A stretch of 64,000 nucleotides of DNA from an uncultured Alphaproteobacteria bacterium (GTDB taxonomy: Bacteria > Pseudomonadota > Alphaproteobacteria > HIMB59 > GCA-002718135), in assembly GCA_902588745.1 (NCBI GenBank), contig CACIQI010000007.1, positions 2,271 to 66,270 of the forward strand. Reading direction: 5' to 3'. The position numbers and the translations under genes are program-made. This document shows positions 1-10,582 of this stretch, in pieces (position 1 is the stretch's first letter; the number at the start of each line of letters is the position of its first letter). The notes beneath the pieces were generated by a model that was given only the letters and a program-made list of their open reading frames with translations, was not told where the DNA came from and did not search any database.

Positions 1-2
1 TA

Positions 3-344
3 GGTAAGGATGAAAATAATTTTACATATAATATTAATGCTGACACTGTTGCGGGTTTTATAGCAGGTGAGTTACAGGCAAGTAAATTATTATTACTAAC
101 CGATGTACCTGGAATTTTAGACAAAGATGAAAAATTAATCTCATCAATAACTTTAGAAGAAGCTAAAAGTATTGCTAATAAAGAATATATTTCTGGAGGT
201 ATGAAGCCGAAAATTAATACATGTATTGATGCAATGAAAAAAGGTGTTAAAAAATCTACTATTTTAGATGGAAGAATTCCTCATTCAGTAATATTAGAGT
301 TATTCACTGAACATGGAATTGGTACACAAATAACAAGTAATTAA
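3..344 (+). CDS. argB: Acetylglutamate kinase, C-terminal part (cut by window edge)
   Basis: Manual translation gives [10 protein letters not shown]...LLLLTDVPG...GGMKPK...ILDGRIPH...[10 protein letters not shown], with TAA at 342-344. Confidence 0.93.
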   Translation, partial: GKDENNFTYNINADTVAGFIAGELQASKLLLLTDVPGILDKDEKLISSITLEEAKSIANKEYISGGMKPKINTCIDAMKKGVKKSTILDGRIPHSVILELFTEHGIGTQITSN

Positions 345-1019
345 ATGAGCTTTAAAGATAACATCAATACCTGGATATTTGATCTAGACAACACACTTTA
401 CTCTGCTGACAGTGGAATTTTTCAGCAAGTACATAAGTTAATGGGTGAATTTGTAGCTAAAAATTTAAATATGGAATTAGCTGAAGCAAAAAAACTACAA
501 GCAAAATATTACAAGCAACATGGCACAACTCTAAGAGGTATGATGGATAACCATGGCGTAGATCCTGATTATTTTTTAGAAGAAGTTCATAAGTTAGATT
601 ACTCAATTGTTGATCCAAATCAAAATCTTAATGATGAATTATATAAACTTGAGGGAAGAAAAATTATTTATACAAATGCAAATAAGCAACATGTCTTAGA
701 TGTATTAGAAAAAATAAATCTAACAAATTTTTTTGATGAAATATATGATATTAAAATGGCTGATTATATTCCTAAGCCAGAAATTTCTCCCTATGAAAAA
801 ATTATCGACTTATTTAATATAGAACCAAATAAATCAGCAATGTTTGATGATATCGCAAAAAATTTAGTTCCAGCAAAAAAAGTTGGTTTTACACCTGTCT
901 GGGTTGATGCTGGTTATGAGAATTTTTCCGATGATATTGAAGCATCTAAAGAATATTTAGATTTTCAAACAAGAGATTTGAGTTTATTTTTAAAAGATGT
1001 AAATGAGGGTAAAATATGA
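345..1019 (+). CDS. Pyrimidine 5'-nucleotidase (HAD family)
   Basis: [13 protein letters not shown] motif I, YTNA, PKP, MFDD; usual alphaproteobacterial position between argB and dapD. Confidence 0.88.
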   Translation: MSFKDNINTWIFDLDNTLYSADSGIFQQVHKLMGEFVAKNLNMELAEAKKLQAKYYKQHGTTLRGMMDNHGVDPDYFLEEVHKLDYSIVDPNQNLNDELYKLEGRKIIYTNANKQHVLDVLEKINLTNFFDEIYDIKMADYIPKPEISPYEKIIDLFNIEPNKSAMFDDIAKNLVPAKKVGFTPVWVDAGYENFSDDIEASKEYLDFQTRDLSLFLKDVNEGKI

Positions 1020-1840
1020 GTGATCTCGAAAAAATTATAAATGATGCCTTTGAGGATAGAGATAATATTAATGTCAATACTACAGGTGATATTAGAAATG
1101 CAGTAGATGAAACTTTAAACAAACTTGATAGTGGAAGCTTAAGGGTTTGTGAAAAAATTAATAATGAATGGCAAGTTAATCAATGGATTAAAAAGGCAAT
1201 TCTTTTAAGTTTCAGATTAAATGATAATGAAATTATTAAAGCATCGCATGCCACTTGGTTTGACAAAGTAGAAAGTAAAACTGCAAATTGGACTAAAGAT
1301 GATCATCTGAAAGCAGGATTTCGATATGTACCAGACGCTGTTGTAAGAAAATCTGCATTTATTGCTAAAGGTGTTGTTTTAATGCCCTCCTTTGTAAATC
1401 TTGGTGCATATGTTGATGAAGGAACAATGATTGATACTTGGGCAACAGTTGGCTCATGTGCACAAATAGGTAAAAACTGTCATATTTCTGGAGGCGCTGG
1501 TATTGGCGGTGTACTTGAACCTCTTCAAGCAAATCCTGTGATTATTGAAGACAATTGTTTTATTGGAGCAAGAAGTGAAGTGGCTGAAGGTGTTATTATT
1601 GGTGAAGGTGCGGTTTTATCAATGGGTGTATTTATTGGAGCATCTACAAAAATAGTTGATCGATCAACTGGAGAAATTCATATGGGAAAAGTTCCAGCGT
1701 ATTCAGTTGTGGTACCAGGTGCGTTACCAGGAAAAAAAGAGGGGGATATTAATCCTTCTTTATACTGTGCTGTTATTGTTAAAAGAGTTGATGAAAAAAC
1801 TAGAAGCAAAACATCAATCAATGATCTTTTAAGAGATTAA
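1016..1840 (+). CDS. dapD: Tetrahydrodipicolinate N-succinyltransferase
   Basis: [37 protein letters not shown] hexapeptide repeats. Confidence 0.97.
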   Translation: MSDLEKIINDAFEDRDNINVNTTGDIRNAVDETLNKLDSGSLRVCEKINNEWQVNQWIKKAILLSFRLNDNEIIKASHATWFDKVESKTANWTKDDHLKAGFRYVPDAVVRKSAFIAKGVVLMPSFVNLGAYVDEGTMIDTWATVGSCAQIGKNCHISGGAGIGGVLEPLQANPVIIEDNCFIGARSEVAEGVIIGEGAVLSMGVFIGASTKIVDRSTGEIHMGKVPAYSVVVPGALPGKKEGDINPSLYCAVIVKRVDEKTRSKTSINDLLRD

Positions 1841-3018
1841 TGTCAGAAATTAATTTTGATCCAGTTACTCTTACACAATCCTTAGTTGAATGCGCAAGTG
1901 TAACTCCAAAAGATGAGGGTGCTTTAACAGTCGTTGCAAATCATCTAAATGCTATAGGATGTGAATGTCATCCATTAACTTTCTCTGGAAACAATTCTTA
2001 TGAAGTAAATAATTTATTTGCAACAGTAGGAAATGAAGGAAAACATTTTGCTTATGCTGGTCATACAGATGTAGTTCCTGTAGGTAATGAAAGTTCATGG
2101 AAATACCCTCCTTTTTCTGCACAAATAGATGGAGGCAAACTTTATGGAAGAGGTAGCGAAGATATGAAAAGCAGTGTTGCTTGTTTCATCAGTGCCACTA
2201 AAAGATTTGTAGAAAAATATAAAAATTTTCCAGGAAAGATTTCCTTTATTATTACAGGTGATGAAGAAAGAGATTCTGTAAATGGCACACCAAGAATTCT
2301 AGAATGGGCAAGTAAACAAAATTATAAATTTGATCATTGCCTTGTTGGTGAACCAACTTCTAAAAATGAGGTCGGCGATAAAGTTAAAATTGGAAGAAGA
2401 GGATCAGTTAGTTTCTTTTTTCAGGTAAAAGGTATTCAAGGACATACGGCGAATTCTCATTTAGCTGAAAATTCTTCACATCACTTAGTGAATTTATTAA
2501 ATAGTATATTAGAAGAGCCGCTAGATGAAGGTAATAAAAATTTTTTACCAACATCAGTTCAAATTGCTACTATTGATATTGGCAATCCTGTTCAAAACGT
2601 AATTCCAGAATTAGCTAAAGCAACAGTTAATATTAGATTTAATGATATGCACTCATCAGACTCACTTATTAAATGGATTGATAATAAAATAGAAAAGATT
2701 TTCTCTAAACTGGAAAACGCTAGTTGCACTTATACATATGATGCAACAGCTGAGTCATTTTTGAATAAAGCGGGTGATTTATATAATATTATTTCAAAAT
2801 CAATTTCTGATGTTACAGGCAGAAATAGCCCGCCTGAACAAGCAACCGATGGTGGTACTTCTGATGCAAGATATATAAAGAACTATTGTGAAGTAGTAGA
2901 GCTAGGTCTAAGAAATCAAACTCTTCATAAAGTAGATGAATTTGTTTTTGTTGAAGATATTATTAAACTAGAAAGTATTTATTTTAGAATTTTAGAAAAT
3001 TATTTTGATGTCAATTAA
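1840..3018 (+). CDS. dapE: Succinyl-diaminopimelate desuccinylase
   Basis: AGHTDVVP, GRGSEDMK, GDEE, VGEPT, KIGRRGS, GGTSDAR; follows dapD. Confidence 0.95.
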   Translation: MSEINFDPVTLTQSLVECASVTPKDEGALTVVANHLNAIGCECHPLTFSGNNSYEVNNLFATVGNEGKHFAYAGHTDVVPVGNESSWKYPPFSAQIDGGKLYGRGSEDMKSSVACFISATKRFVEKYKNFPGKISFIITGDEERDSVNGTPRILEWASKQNYKFDHCLVGEPTSKNEVGDKVKIGRRGSVSFFFQVKGIQGHTANSHLAENSSHHLVNLLNSILEEPLDEGNKNFLPTSVQIATIDIGNPVQNVIPELAKATVNIRFNDMHSSDSLIKWIDNKIEKIFSKLENASCTYTYDATAESFLNKAGDLYNIISKSISDVTGRNSPPEQATDGGTSDARYIKNYCEVVELGLRNQTLHKVDEFVFVEDIIKLESIYFRILENYFDVN

Positions 3019-3947
3019 TATCCATTAGATGGATTAACATCTGATTTTACGTTTTTATTTTTCCTTAGTTTTTTATATTTGGAGTGCATGTATTTAACAG
3101 AAGGCTCTATCGCGGTTACACCTGCTACATGTGGTGTAATTGTTACATTTGGTAATTTCCAAAATTGACTACTTGATTTTAAAGGTTCATTTTTAAAGAC
3201 ATCCAAATAAGCATAAAAATTTTTGTTTTTCTTTAAATGATTTAAAAGGTCATTCTCTTGAATTACATTACCTCTACCTATATTTATTAAGCAAGAATTT
3301 TTTTTCATATTCTTTAAAAACTTTTTATCTATTATATTATTCGTTTGAGGTGTTGATGGTAAAATAGACACAATAACATCAGAGCTTTTAATAAAACTTA
3401 TAATATTTTTACCGGTATATATTTTTATGTTTTTTACTTTTTTTTGATTTTTTTTATACGCTATAACATTATAATTTAATTTATTTAGTAATCTTGCAAT
3501 ATGATTACCAAGAAAGCCTAGACCTAAAATACCTACTGTTAAATTTTTATTATCAATTGGTGTCCTTTCTCCAGACCAGTAATGTTTACTTTGAGAATTT
3601 TGAAAAATTTTAAAATTTAATTGATAATTTAGTATTTGAGCTAGAGAATAATTAGCTATTCTCTCACCCATTTCCTCATCTTTTATTCTGATTATAGGAA
3701 TTTTCTTATTATAATTCTTTAGTTTTAAAATATGATCTACACCAGCACCCATAGAAAAAATAACTTTAAGATTTTTTAGTCTTGAAAGAATATCATCTGG
3801 CAGATTCCAAATTATAGCACAGTTTACATCATTAAATTTTTTATAATCTTTTATAGAAATTATTTTTTCTTTTTTAAAATATTTTTTTATTGTTTTTTTC
3901 CAAACATCTATTTTATCAAATGTTGTATTATGAAATAATATTGTCAT
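3015..3947 (-). CDS. ghrA: D-2-hydroxyacid dehydrogenase (glyoxylate/hydroxypyruvate reductase A-like)
   Basis: SMGAGVDH, GLGFLG, INIGRG, LDVFKNEPL, ITPHVAG. Confidence 0.8.
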   Translation of the reverse strand: MTILFHNTTFDKIDVWKKTIKKYFKKEKIISIKDYKKFNDVNCAIIWNLPDDILSRLKNLKVIFSMGAGVDHILKLKNYNKKIPIIRIKDEEMGERIANYSLAQILNYQLNFKIFQNSQSKHYWSGERTPIDNKNLTVGILGLGFLGNHIARLLNKLNYNVIAYKKNQKKVKNIKIYTGKNIISFIKSSDVIVSILPSTPQTNNIIDKKFLKNMKKNSCLINIGRGNVIQENDLLNHLKKNKNFYAYLDVFKNEPLKSSSQFWKLPNVTITPHVAGVTAIEPSVKYMHSKYKKLRKNKNVKSDVNPSNGY

Positions 3948-5047
3948 TGAATTTCTTTAATTAAATCATTGTATTTTTTGATTTGAATATCCCAGTTAAG
4001 TTCATTTTCTGCTCTAATTTTAGCATTTTGACCAAGTTTTAATCTGTTTTCTTTATTATCTATTAAGCTTTTTATTGCTTCATCTAATTCATCAATATCT
4101 TTTATTATTAAGCCTGTTTTATTGTGTATTACTGCTTCAGGAGTACCACCTATATTAGATGCTATTGATGGTATTTTGAAATTTGCTGCCTCTATGTAGG
4201 CTATACCAAATCCTTCAATTGATTTCGCTGAACTCTCATCTAGAGTTGGCATTATCATTAAATCAGTATTAGAGAATATATAATTTTTTTGGTTTTCATT
4301 TACTGTACCAACTAAATTTACATGATCTTGAAGATTGTATTCTTTAATTTTATTTTTAATACTATCTAGCTCGTCACCTTCACCAGCAATTATGTATTGA
4401 ATATCAGGAAAATATTTTTTTAAGTTCATTATAGATTTTAAGATTAAAGCATGACCTTTTCTCTTTTCAAGTCTTGCAAGAGTAAGTAATGTTGGTGAGC
4501 CTTGATTTAAATTTATATTTTCTTCAATATAATTTTTTTTAATATTTATACCTGGGTATATTATTTTAACATTTTTAAAATTATTACTTAATTTATTTAG
4601 TAAATTTTTCGTGTAGCTTGAATTTACTACTATTGCATTTACTTGTTCTAATATTTTTTTTACACGTTTATGATGTTTATCGTTTTTAATTATTATTTCA
4701 TTACCATGAGCTAAACTGATAACTGGTATTTTATTTTTCTTAAGAAAATCTATTGCTACTTCAAGGCTTTTCCAACTATCACTAATTACTGCATCAATTT
4801 TTGATGAAACATGTATTTTTTTAAGTTCATTAAATTTTTTTCTATTTCTTAAAAACTTTATACCTCGAAATCTTTTTGTAGAAAAATTTATTTCATTTTG
4901 ATCAAAAATATTATCTTCTTTAAAATTTTGTTGATCTGCTAATACAATTACATCTTTGAAACGACTTAGATGCAATGCTAAATTGTACATTAGGGTTTCT
5001 ATCCCTCCAACTCTTGATGGAAAACATTGTGTTAATATAATTATCAT
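3944..5047 (-). CDS. Glycosyltransferase family 4 (GT-B)
   Basis: FPSRVGGIET, LARLEKRKG, EGFGIAYIEA, GGTPEAV. Confidence 0.9.
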   Translation of the reverse strand: MIIILTQCFPSRVGGIETLMYNLALHLSRFKDVIVLADQQNFKEDNIFDQNEINFSTKRFRGIKFLRNRKKFNELKKIHVSSKIDAVISDSWKSLEVAIDFLKKNKIPVISLAHGNEIIIKNDKHHKRVKKILEQVNAIVVNSSYTKNLLNKLSNNFKNVKIIYPGINIKKNYIEENINLNQGSPTLLTLARLEKRKGHALILKSIMNLKKYFPDIQYIIAGEGDELDSIKNKIKEYNLQDHVNLVGTVNENQKNYIFSNTDLMIMPTLDESSAKSIEGFGIAYIEAANFKIPSIASNIGGTPEAVIHNKTGLIIKDIDELDEAIKSLIDNKENRLKLGQNAKIRAENELNWDIQIKKYNDLIKEIQ

Positions 5048-5068
5048 TAAAATTTAAAGAATTTAAAA

Positions 5069-6076
5069 TTACGATATATTAATATCGATTGGAGTACCTT
5101 TAGCAATTGATTCCTTCATCGCAAATACGACTCTTTCTGCTTCTAAAGCAGCCTGTAAATTTACTGCTGGTTTTTGATCAAAAACGCAATCCTCAATAAA
5201 TTTATCTAAGCCTCTCTTTAAGCACCCATCAACTTTTGAATCTATAGTTGGCCAATTAGCAATATCTGGCTTCATATAATTTGTTTCTGTTTGCATCTGC
5301 AAACCCATTGATGATCCTTCTATAATAATTGATCCTTTATCACCTATAACATGAAGTGCTGGGTCTAGTGGTTCAGGTTGATTTTTAGGCAAAACCCAAG
5401 ATGTTTCAAAGGATGCTAAACTTCCATCATCAAATTTCATGATTGCCATTACAGCATCATGCGAGTCATATTCCTTACATTCTCTAATAACTGCCTCTGC
5501 AAAAACTCTTACTGGCTTTGATTTATTAATGGACATAGTCATTTGAATATCATGAATCAAAGTTGAGGATAAAAGGTCAGTCCATGGAGCATAAATTTCA
5601 ATTCCAAACCTGTTACCCCTTCTTCGTGCAAAACAAGATACGATATTGCCAATTTCATCATTTTTAACTTTTTCTTTCATTAATTTATATCGCGGATCTT
5701 CATGAAGAATAAAATTTACAGAAATAATTTTTTTATGATCTTTTATTTTATCAACTAACTCATGTATTTTTTCCAAATTTCTACCGAGAGGTTTTTCTAG
5801 TAAAATTTTTAAACCTCTTTTTACTGACATAACAGCAGGCTCTATTCTGATTTGTTCAGGTGTAGCAATACTAATAGCATCTAATGTCTCAGTGTTTATT
5901 AATTTTGTAAAATCTTCATAAGCTTTACAATTAAATGATTGTGCAACAGAATTAACCTTTTCTTTATCAACATCACAAACAGCTACAAGCTCAGAATTAG
6001 GATTTCTAAAAAAAGCTTCTGCATGAAATGTACCAACTAGACCAGTTCCAATAACTGCAATTTTTAATTTACTCAT
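5069..6076 (-). CDS. Gfo/Idh/MocA family NAD(P)-dependent oxidoreductase
   Basis: IAVIGTGLVG Rossmann motif, IATPE, LLEKP, IHD catalytic region, FETSWVLP. Confidence 0.9.
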   Translation of the reverse strand: MSKLKIAVIGTGLVGTFHAEAFFRNPNSELVAVCDVDKEKVNSVAQSFNCKAYEDFTKLINTETLDAISIATPEQIRIEPAVMSVKRGLKILLEKPLGRNLEKIHELVDKIKDHKKIISVNFILHEDPRYKLMKEKVKNDEIGNIVSCFARRRGNRFGIEIYAPWTDLLSSTLIHDIQMTMSINKSKPVRVFAEAVIRECKEYDSHDAVMAIMKFDDGSLASFETSWVLPKNQPEPLDPALHVIGDKGSIIIEGSSMGLQMQTETNYMKPDIANWPTIDSKVDGCLKRGLDKFIEDCVFDQKPAVNLQAALEAERVVFAMKESIAKGTPIDINIS

Positions 6077-6909
6077 TATTTATCACTTCCCGATAATACT
6101 ACTTTTGTAATATATTGTTGGAAAAAAATCATTAGTATTGTGACTGGAATTAAAGTAATTATTGCTGCTGCAGCTTGTTGACCAATTTTAATGTCTATAG
6201 TGCTCCTAAACAATCCAAGAGCTACTGTAGAAATTTTCAAATTATTAGTAAATATTAAAGGTGTTAAAAATTCAACCCAAGATAAAATAAATGCAAATAT
6301 GAAGGCTGCTATTAAACCAGGTCTCAATAAAGGGAAAATGATGTGAATTAAAAGTTGTAGAGTAGAACAACCATCAATTTTTGCAGCCTCCTCCACCTCA
6401 ACAGGTAGTTTATCAATAAATGATTTTAAAATCCAAATAACAAAAGGTAATGTAAAGGCAGTATACGGAACAACTAGACTTAAAATAGTGTCATCTAGTT
6501 GATATGAAACTAATATAACAAATAAGGGAATTACAAAAAGTATTGTTGGAAGAAAATAAATAGAAATTAAAGTTCCAAGAATAATATTTTTAGCTGGTAA
6601 ATTTAATCTTGCAAGTGAGTATGATGCCGGAAAAGCTAAAATTATGCATAAAAAAGACGTGAGGAATGAAACAATAAGACTATTTTTAATACCCTCATAA
6701 ATATTAGATATATGATTAGGTTTCAAAACCTCAGCAAAATGAGTAAATATAATTTCTGTTGGAAAAAAAGACAAATTTCTAGATCTAATTATATTTTCAG
6801 GTTGTATGCTTGTTAATATTAAACCGTATAGTGGAAAAAACATTATCAAAAATACTATGAGAGCAGAAAAATAAATAAAAAAATTTTTTAGAATCAAATT
6901 TTTTTTCAT
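6076..6909 (-). CDS. Carbohydrate (CUT1) ABC transporter permease, MalG-like
   Basis: Multiple TM segments and EAA loop LPVEVEEAAKIDGCS. Confidence 0.92.
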   Translation of the reverse strand: MKKNLILKNFFIYFSALIVFLIMFFPLYGLILTSIQPENIIRSRNLSFFPTEIIFTHFAEVLKPNHISNIYEGIKNSLIVSFLTSFLCIILAFPASYSLARLNLPAKNIILGTLISIYFLPTILFVIPLFVILVSYQLDDTILSLVVPYTAFTLPFVIWILKSFIDKLPVEVEEAAKIDGCSTLQLLIHIIFPLLRPGLIAAFIFAFILSWVEFLTPLIFTNNLKISTVALGLFRSTIDIKIGQQAAAAIITLIPVTILMIFFQQYITKVVLSGSDK

Positions 6910-7835
6910 TTATTACCCCAAAAAAATTTTATTAAAAATCTTGAAATAGTTGGAATTAATACAACAGCTAAAGTAATTATTAGCAAAACATAGGCTGCTG
7001 CTGAAGCTCGGCCTAGATTAAAAGTTTCAAATGCTTCTTGATAAATAAAATAATTTAATGTTGTTGTTCCACCCCCTGGCCCCCCTCTTGTAAGAACAAA
7101 AATTGTATCAAATGATTTCATTGCTAAAACAAATTGTATCAAGAAAAGTGGTATCGCAATTGGTAACATTAAAGGAAATAAAATGTTAGAGAACCTTTGA
7201 AATACATTTGCTCCATCAACAGCAGCAGCCTCAAAAACTTCCGAGGGTAAACTTTGAAGTCCTGATAAAAAAAATAATGTCATGAAAGGAATTGCTTTCC
7301 AGATTTCAGCAATAGCTATTACATGAAGGGCTACTAATGGATCTGCTAACCAAATTTTGTAACCTGATATGACCCCTAATTGATATAATAAAGCATTTAA
7401 AAACCCAGTATCAGCATGAAACATTTGTCCCCACAGTACACCAGAAACAACAGATGGCACTGCCCACGGTAATACAATCATGACTCTTAAAAATGCTTTT
7501 CCAATAAATTTTTCATTTAAAAGAAGTGCGATCAAGAAAGAAAGTATTGTTGTACACACGCAGATCAAAAACCCGAAGTAAATAGTTCTTAAGACAGAAC
7601 TTGTAAAAAAATAATTACTTATTAAAAATTCAAAGTTTTTAAATTGAATAAATTTTTTTATTTTTAAGCGAATTATATCATATTCGGCAAAACTTATTAC
7701 AAAAGTAAATATAGCTGGATATAAATAAGTTATAAAAACTAGAATTAAAGAAGGAAGTATTAGTGTGAAAGCAAGAATTTTTTCTCTTGAAAATTTGAAT
7801 TGAGAATTACTTGGTTGATTTAAAAGATCTGTCAT
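6906..7835 (-). CDS. Carbohydrate (CUT1) ABC transporter permease, MalF-like
   Basis: LPWAVP, GLQSLPSEVFEAAAVDGA, FDTIFVLTRGGPG. Confidence 0.92.
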   Translation of the reverse strand: MTDLLNQPSNSQFKFSREKILAFTLILPSLILVFITYLYPAIFTFVISFAEYDIIRLKIKKFIQFKNFEFLISNYFFTSSVLRTIYFGFLICVCTTILSFLIALLLNEKFIGKAFLRVMIVLPWAVPSVVSGVLWGQMFHADTGFLNALLYQLGVISGYKIWLADPLVALHVIAIAEIWKAIPFMTLFFLSGLQSLPSEVFEAAAVDGANVFQRFSNILFPLMLPIAIPLFLIQFVLAMKSFDTIFVLTRGGPGGGTTTLNYFIYQEAFETFNLGRASAAAYVLLIITLAVVLIPTISRFLIKFFWGNK

Positions 7836-8568
7836 GTCCTGGAATTACAAGATCTGGTTTATAGCTTTGTGCTTTATCTAGTGATTCGTTTAATTGTTTT
7901 AAATTTGCTTCTGGATACCATCTAGAAAATTTTCTTTCACAATACTCTTCCTTTGTCATAGTTTGATCACCAGCAATTAAAATAGTTTCATCATTACTTT
8001 TAACTATAAAAGATATATGGCCATTTGTATGTCCCGGAGTGGTTATTGCATAGACATTTTCCATAATTTTTGTCTCATTATCATCTGAGATTTCAATGAT
8101 TTCTCCCATCATTGATTTTTTAGCATCTACAATTTCTTTCCCCTCAATAGCAACCATATCATCAAATTCTTTGCTTCCAATAATCCAAGGTTTATTTCTA
8201 AAATGAACAATAGAAGCTGCATGATCAGAATGTGTATGAGTAGTAGCTACTATATCGATATCTTCATATGTTAAATTTTTTGAAGCCAGTGCTCTCTTTA
8301 ATATAGAATAAAAACCGATATGATAATTACCAGGATCAACTAAAATATTTTTCTCACCTCTAATTAGTGTAGTTGAGGCTACTGGTAAAAAACCAACATT
8401 TGTATCAAAAATTGGTCCATCATCAGTAGTTACACCCATAAGCTTTTCCATCTCATCAAGTTGTTGTTCTGGATGTGAAGCAAACATATAAATTAATTCG
8501 CTATTGTGATAACTAAATCTTAAAGTTACGGGATTTATTAAAATATCAACAGTAGTATTCATTCTCAA
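7807..8568 (-). CDS. MBL-fold metallo-hydrolase
   Basis: ILVDPG, THTHSDH (HxHxDH), TPGHTNGH, IAGD, IPGHD. Confidence 0.9.
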   Translation of the reverse strand: MRMNTTVDILINPVTLRFSYHNSELIYMFASHPEQQLDEMEKLMGVTTDDGPIFDTNVGFLPVASTTLIRGEKNILVDPGNYHIGFYSILKRALASKNLTYEDIDIVATTHTHSDHAASIVHFRNKPWIIGSKEFDDMVAIEGKEIVDAKKSMMGEIIEISDDNETKIMENVYAITTPGHTNGHISFIVKSNDETILIAGDQTMTKEEYCERKFSRWYPEANLKQLNESLDKAQSYKPDLVIPGHDRSFKSTK

Positions 8569-9785
8569 ATATCTCCATTTTCAGACAGACTTTGATTAAT
8601 CCAGTCTAAGTTTTCATAATTCATAAATGAGTAGTTATAGAAGCTAAATCCTGATGCATCTTTATTAAATACTTGAAGTTGGTTTTTAAGATCTAATTGA
8701 TTAGAAACTTGTGGGAGGATTGTTCTCATTGCAGGTATCATTTCAACTTTGTTATTTAATACTTTTTTATAAACATCATATTTTTCTTTTATAAGATCTA
8801 AATCTGCAAAATAAAAAGTTGGATGAATTTCATCAATCAAGGGCAATAGAGAATTTAAATTTACACCATTTTGCCATCTCTGATTATTAGGACCAAGTGG
8901 ATATAATGGACCAAAGTCAACTAAACCAATTTTTAAATTTTTATCTTTTCGTAATTCATTGACTACCAAAGTATTGATGTTTGTGATACTTTCTTCTCTT
9001 GCCAAATAGTAATTCCAAAACTCACCATCAAGAATACTTTGAAAATCAGACCAATTCATAACTTCTTTATTTGTTTTTTGATTAAAATAATCATCTGTAG
9101 TTTTTTTAACCCAGTTTCTAATCATTTCACCATCAATATTTTTTTGCTTCAAAGTCTCTAAACATTTATTACTAAAGTTAAGTGACATAATAAAATCGAT
9201 ATCAGCTGAAAAATCTACTCCAATTACTTCATGGTGATGTCCGTGTCTTAATGGAAGATATTCAAGAGATTCAATTAGAATTTTATCAAATACACCTAGA
9301 TTTACTACATCTCTTGATAAATTTACAAAATGATCAACTACATCCGAATTAAAGGGACATAGAGAGTGTGTGATCGGATCACCCCAAGCATTATATACAG
9401 ATGTATTGGGATAATTATTTCCAATTCCAGAATTATGAGTACCAAGCATCCATGCGCATAATTTGATATTATTTTTTTTACATTGATTTGATAATTCTTC
9501 CCAAAACTGACTCCAATTCTCAGTAAGATTACTTATAGGGGATTGAAAACTATGATTATTATGCCAACTACTTGGATTGAAGTATAAAGCCCCAGGTTCA
9601 GGAAAATATATTTTTCTTTTTTTACTATGAGGTAAAAAAAACATTCCTGAGTGATAATTTACAGTAATATAAATTGCATTAAGTCCACTTCTCTTTACTG
9701 CATCAATAATTGCATCATAACCTTCATCAATTACGTCCCAGGGATAACAAAATAAGGCTAAATCTTTTTTATTCATTTTTACCAT
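8565..9785 (-). CDS. Conserved-looking hypothetical protein, probable glycoside-hydrolase-like TIM barrel (start may be 9776)
   Basis: 406-aa ORF overlapping both neighbours; motifs YPWD, NYHSG, HN, SLCP, ESLEY, HGHHHE, FYNY; the fold call is inference. Confidence 0.6.
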   Translation of the reverse strand: MVKMNKKDLALFCYPWDVIDEGYDAIIDAVKRSGLNAIYITVNYHSGMFFLPHSKKRKIYFPEPGALYFNPSSWHNNHSFQSPISNLTENWSQFWEELSNQCKKNNIKLCAWMLGTHNSGIGNNYPNTSVYNAWGDPITHSLCPFNSDVVDHFVNLSRDVVNLGVFDKILIESLEYLPLRHGHHHEVIGVDFSADIDFIMSLNFSNKCLETLKQKNIDGEMIRNWVKKTTDDYFNQKTNKEVMNWSDFQSILDGEFWNYYLAREESITNINTLVVNELRKDKNLKIGLVDFGPLYPLGPNNQRWQNGVNLNSLLPLIDEIHPTFYFADLDLIKEKYDVYKKVLNNKVEMIPAMRTILPQVSNQLDLKNQLQVFNKDASGFSFYNYSFMNYENLDWINQSLSENGDI

Positions 9786-10563
9786 TTAAAGGTTTTTTCC
9801 ATTTTGAAAAATCTTCAATAAAGTCTGAAACTTTATCTGTTATTATCTCATAAAGTTCAGTGCCTTTCTTTTTGGAAGCAAGACTTGGTGAGCCAATAAC
9901 TCCATGATCTGAAAGCTCTTTAAAGCTTGCACTTACTCCAACTGAACCGCCTGATAAAAGGTCAACTCCTGTATATGAAGATCTTTTTAATGGGTTGTCG
10001 ACAATTTTATCTTTTTTAACTATCTCCTCTTGCATATGTAACATAAGTGCTGTTTCCATTTCACATGCATGATTTATTCCACCAAGATCAGAATCTCTCC
10101 ACTCATTAATTTCTTTCATGGCAAAATCCCAATATGATGCTGTAGCTATATAAATATTTTTATCGTATTTTAACTTTTGTCCAACATTTTTAAGAATAGC
10201 AATATTGCCTCCATGCCCATTCAAAATAAGTATTCTCTCTAATTTATTTTTTACCAAACTCTCAACTATATCCAATATAACGTTTGTTAATGTTTCATCC
10301 TTAATAGAAATTGTACCAGGAAAATCCATATGATGTGGTGAATAACCTGACCAAATAACTGGTGCCACAACTGCATAAATATTCTTTTGGTGAGATTTTT
10401 TTACAGACTCATTGGCAATATTATTAACCATAAATTCATCTACTTTGAGCGGTAAATGTTTTCCATGCTGCTCGAATGCACCAAGAGGAAGAAGAACTAC
10501 CGGATCTTTATCTGATAAGTCCTTAACTTCCTCCCATGTATAATTACCCAAATTAACTTTCAT
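9769..10563 (-). CDS. Creatininase-family amidohydrolase
   Basis: LPLGAFEQHGKHLP..D, SPHHMDFPGT, NGHGGN, HACEMET. Confidence 0.93.
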   Translation of the reverse strand: MKVNLGNYTWEEVKDLSDKDPVVLLPLGAFEQHGKHLPLKVDEFMVNNIANESVKKSHQKNIYAVVAPVIWSGYSPHHMDFPGTISIKDETLTNVILDIVESLVKNKLERILILNGHGGNIAILKNVGQKLKYDKNIYIATASYWDFAMKEINEWRDSDLGGINHACEMETALMLHMQEEIVKKDKIVDNPLKRSSYTGVDLLSGGSVGVSASFKELSDHGVIGSPSLASKKKGTELYEIITDKVSDFIEDFSKWKKPLNGKNE

Positions 10564-10582
10564 AATTTGTGTATTTTATTAT

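Noticed and set aside
9769-10563. Mycofactocin (MftE) or creatinine-utilisation locus
   Set aside because: There is no mftABC, radical SAM gene, creatinase or sarcosine oxidase nearby; the context is carbohydrate-type transport.
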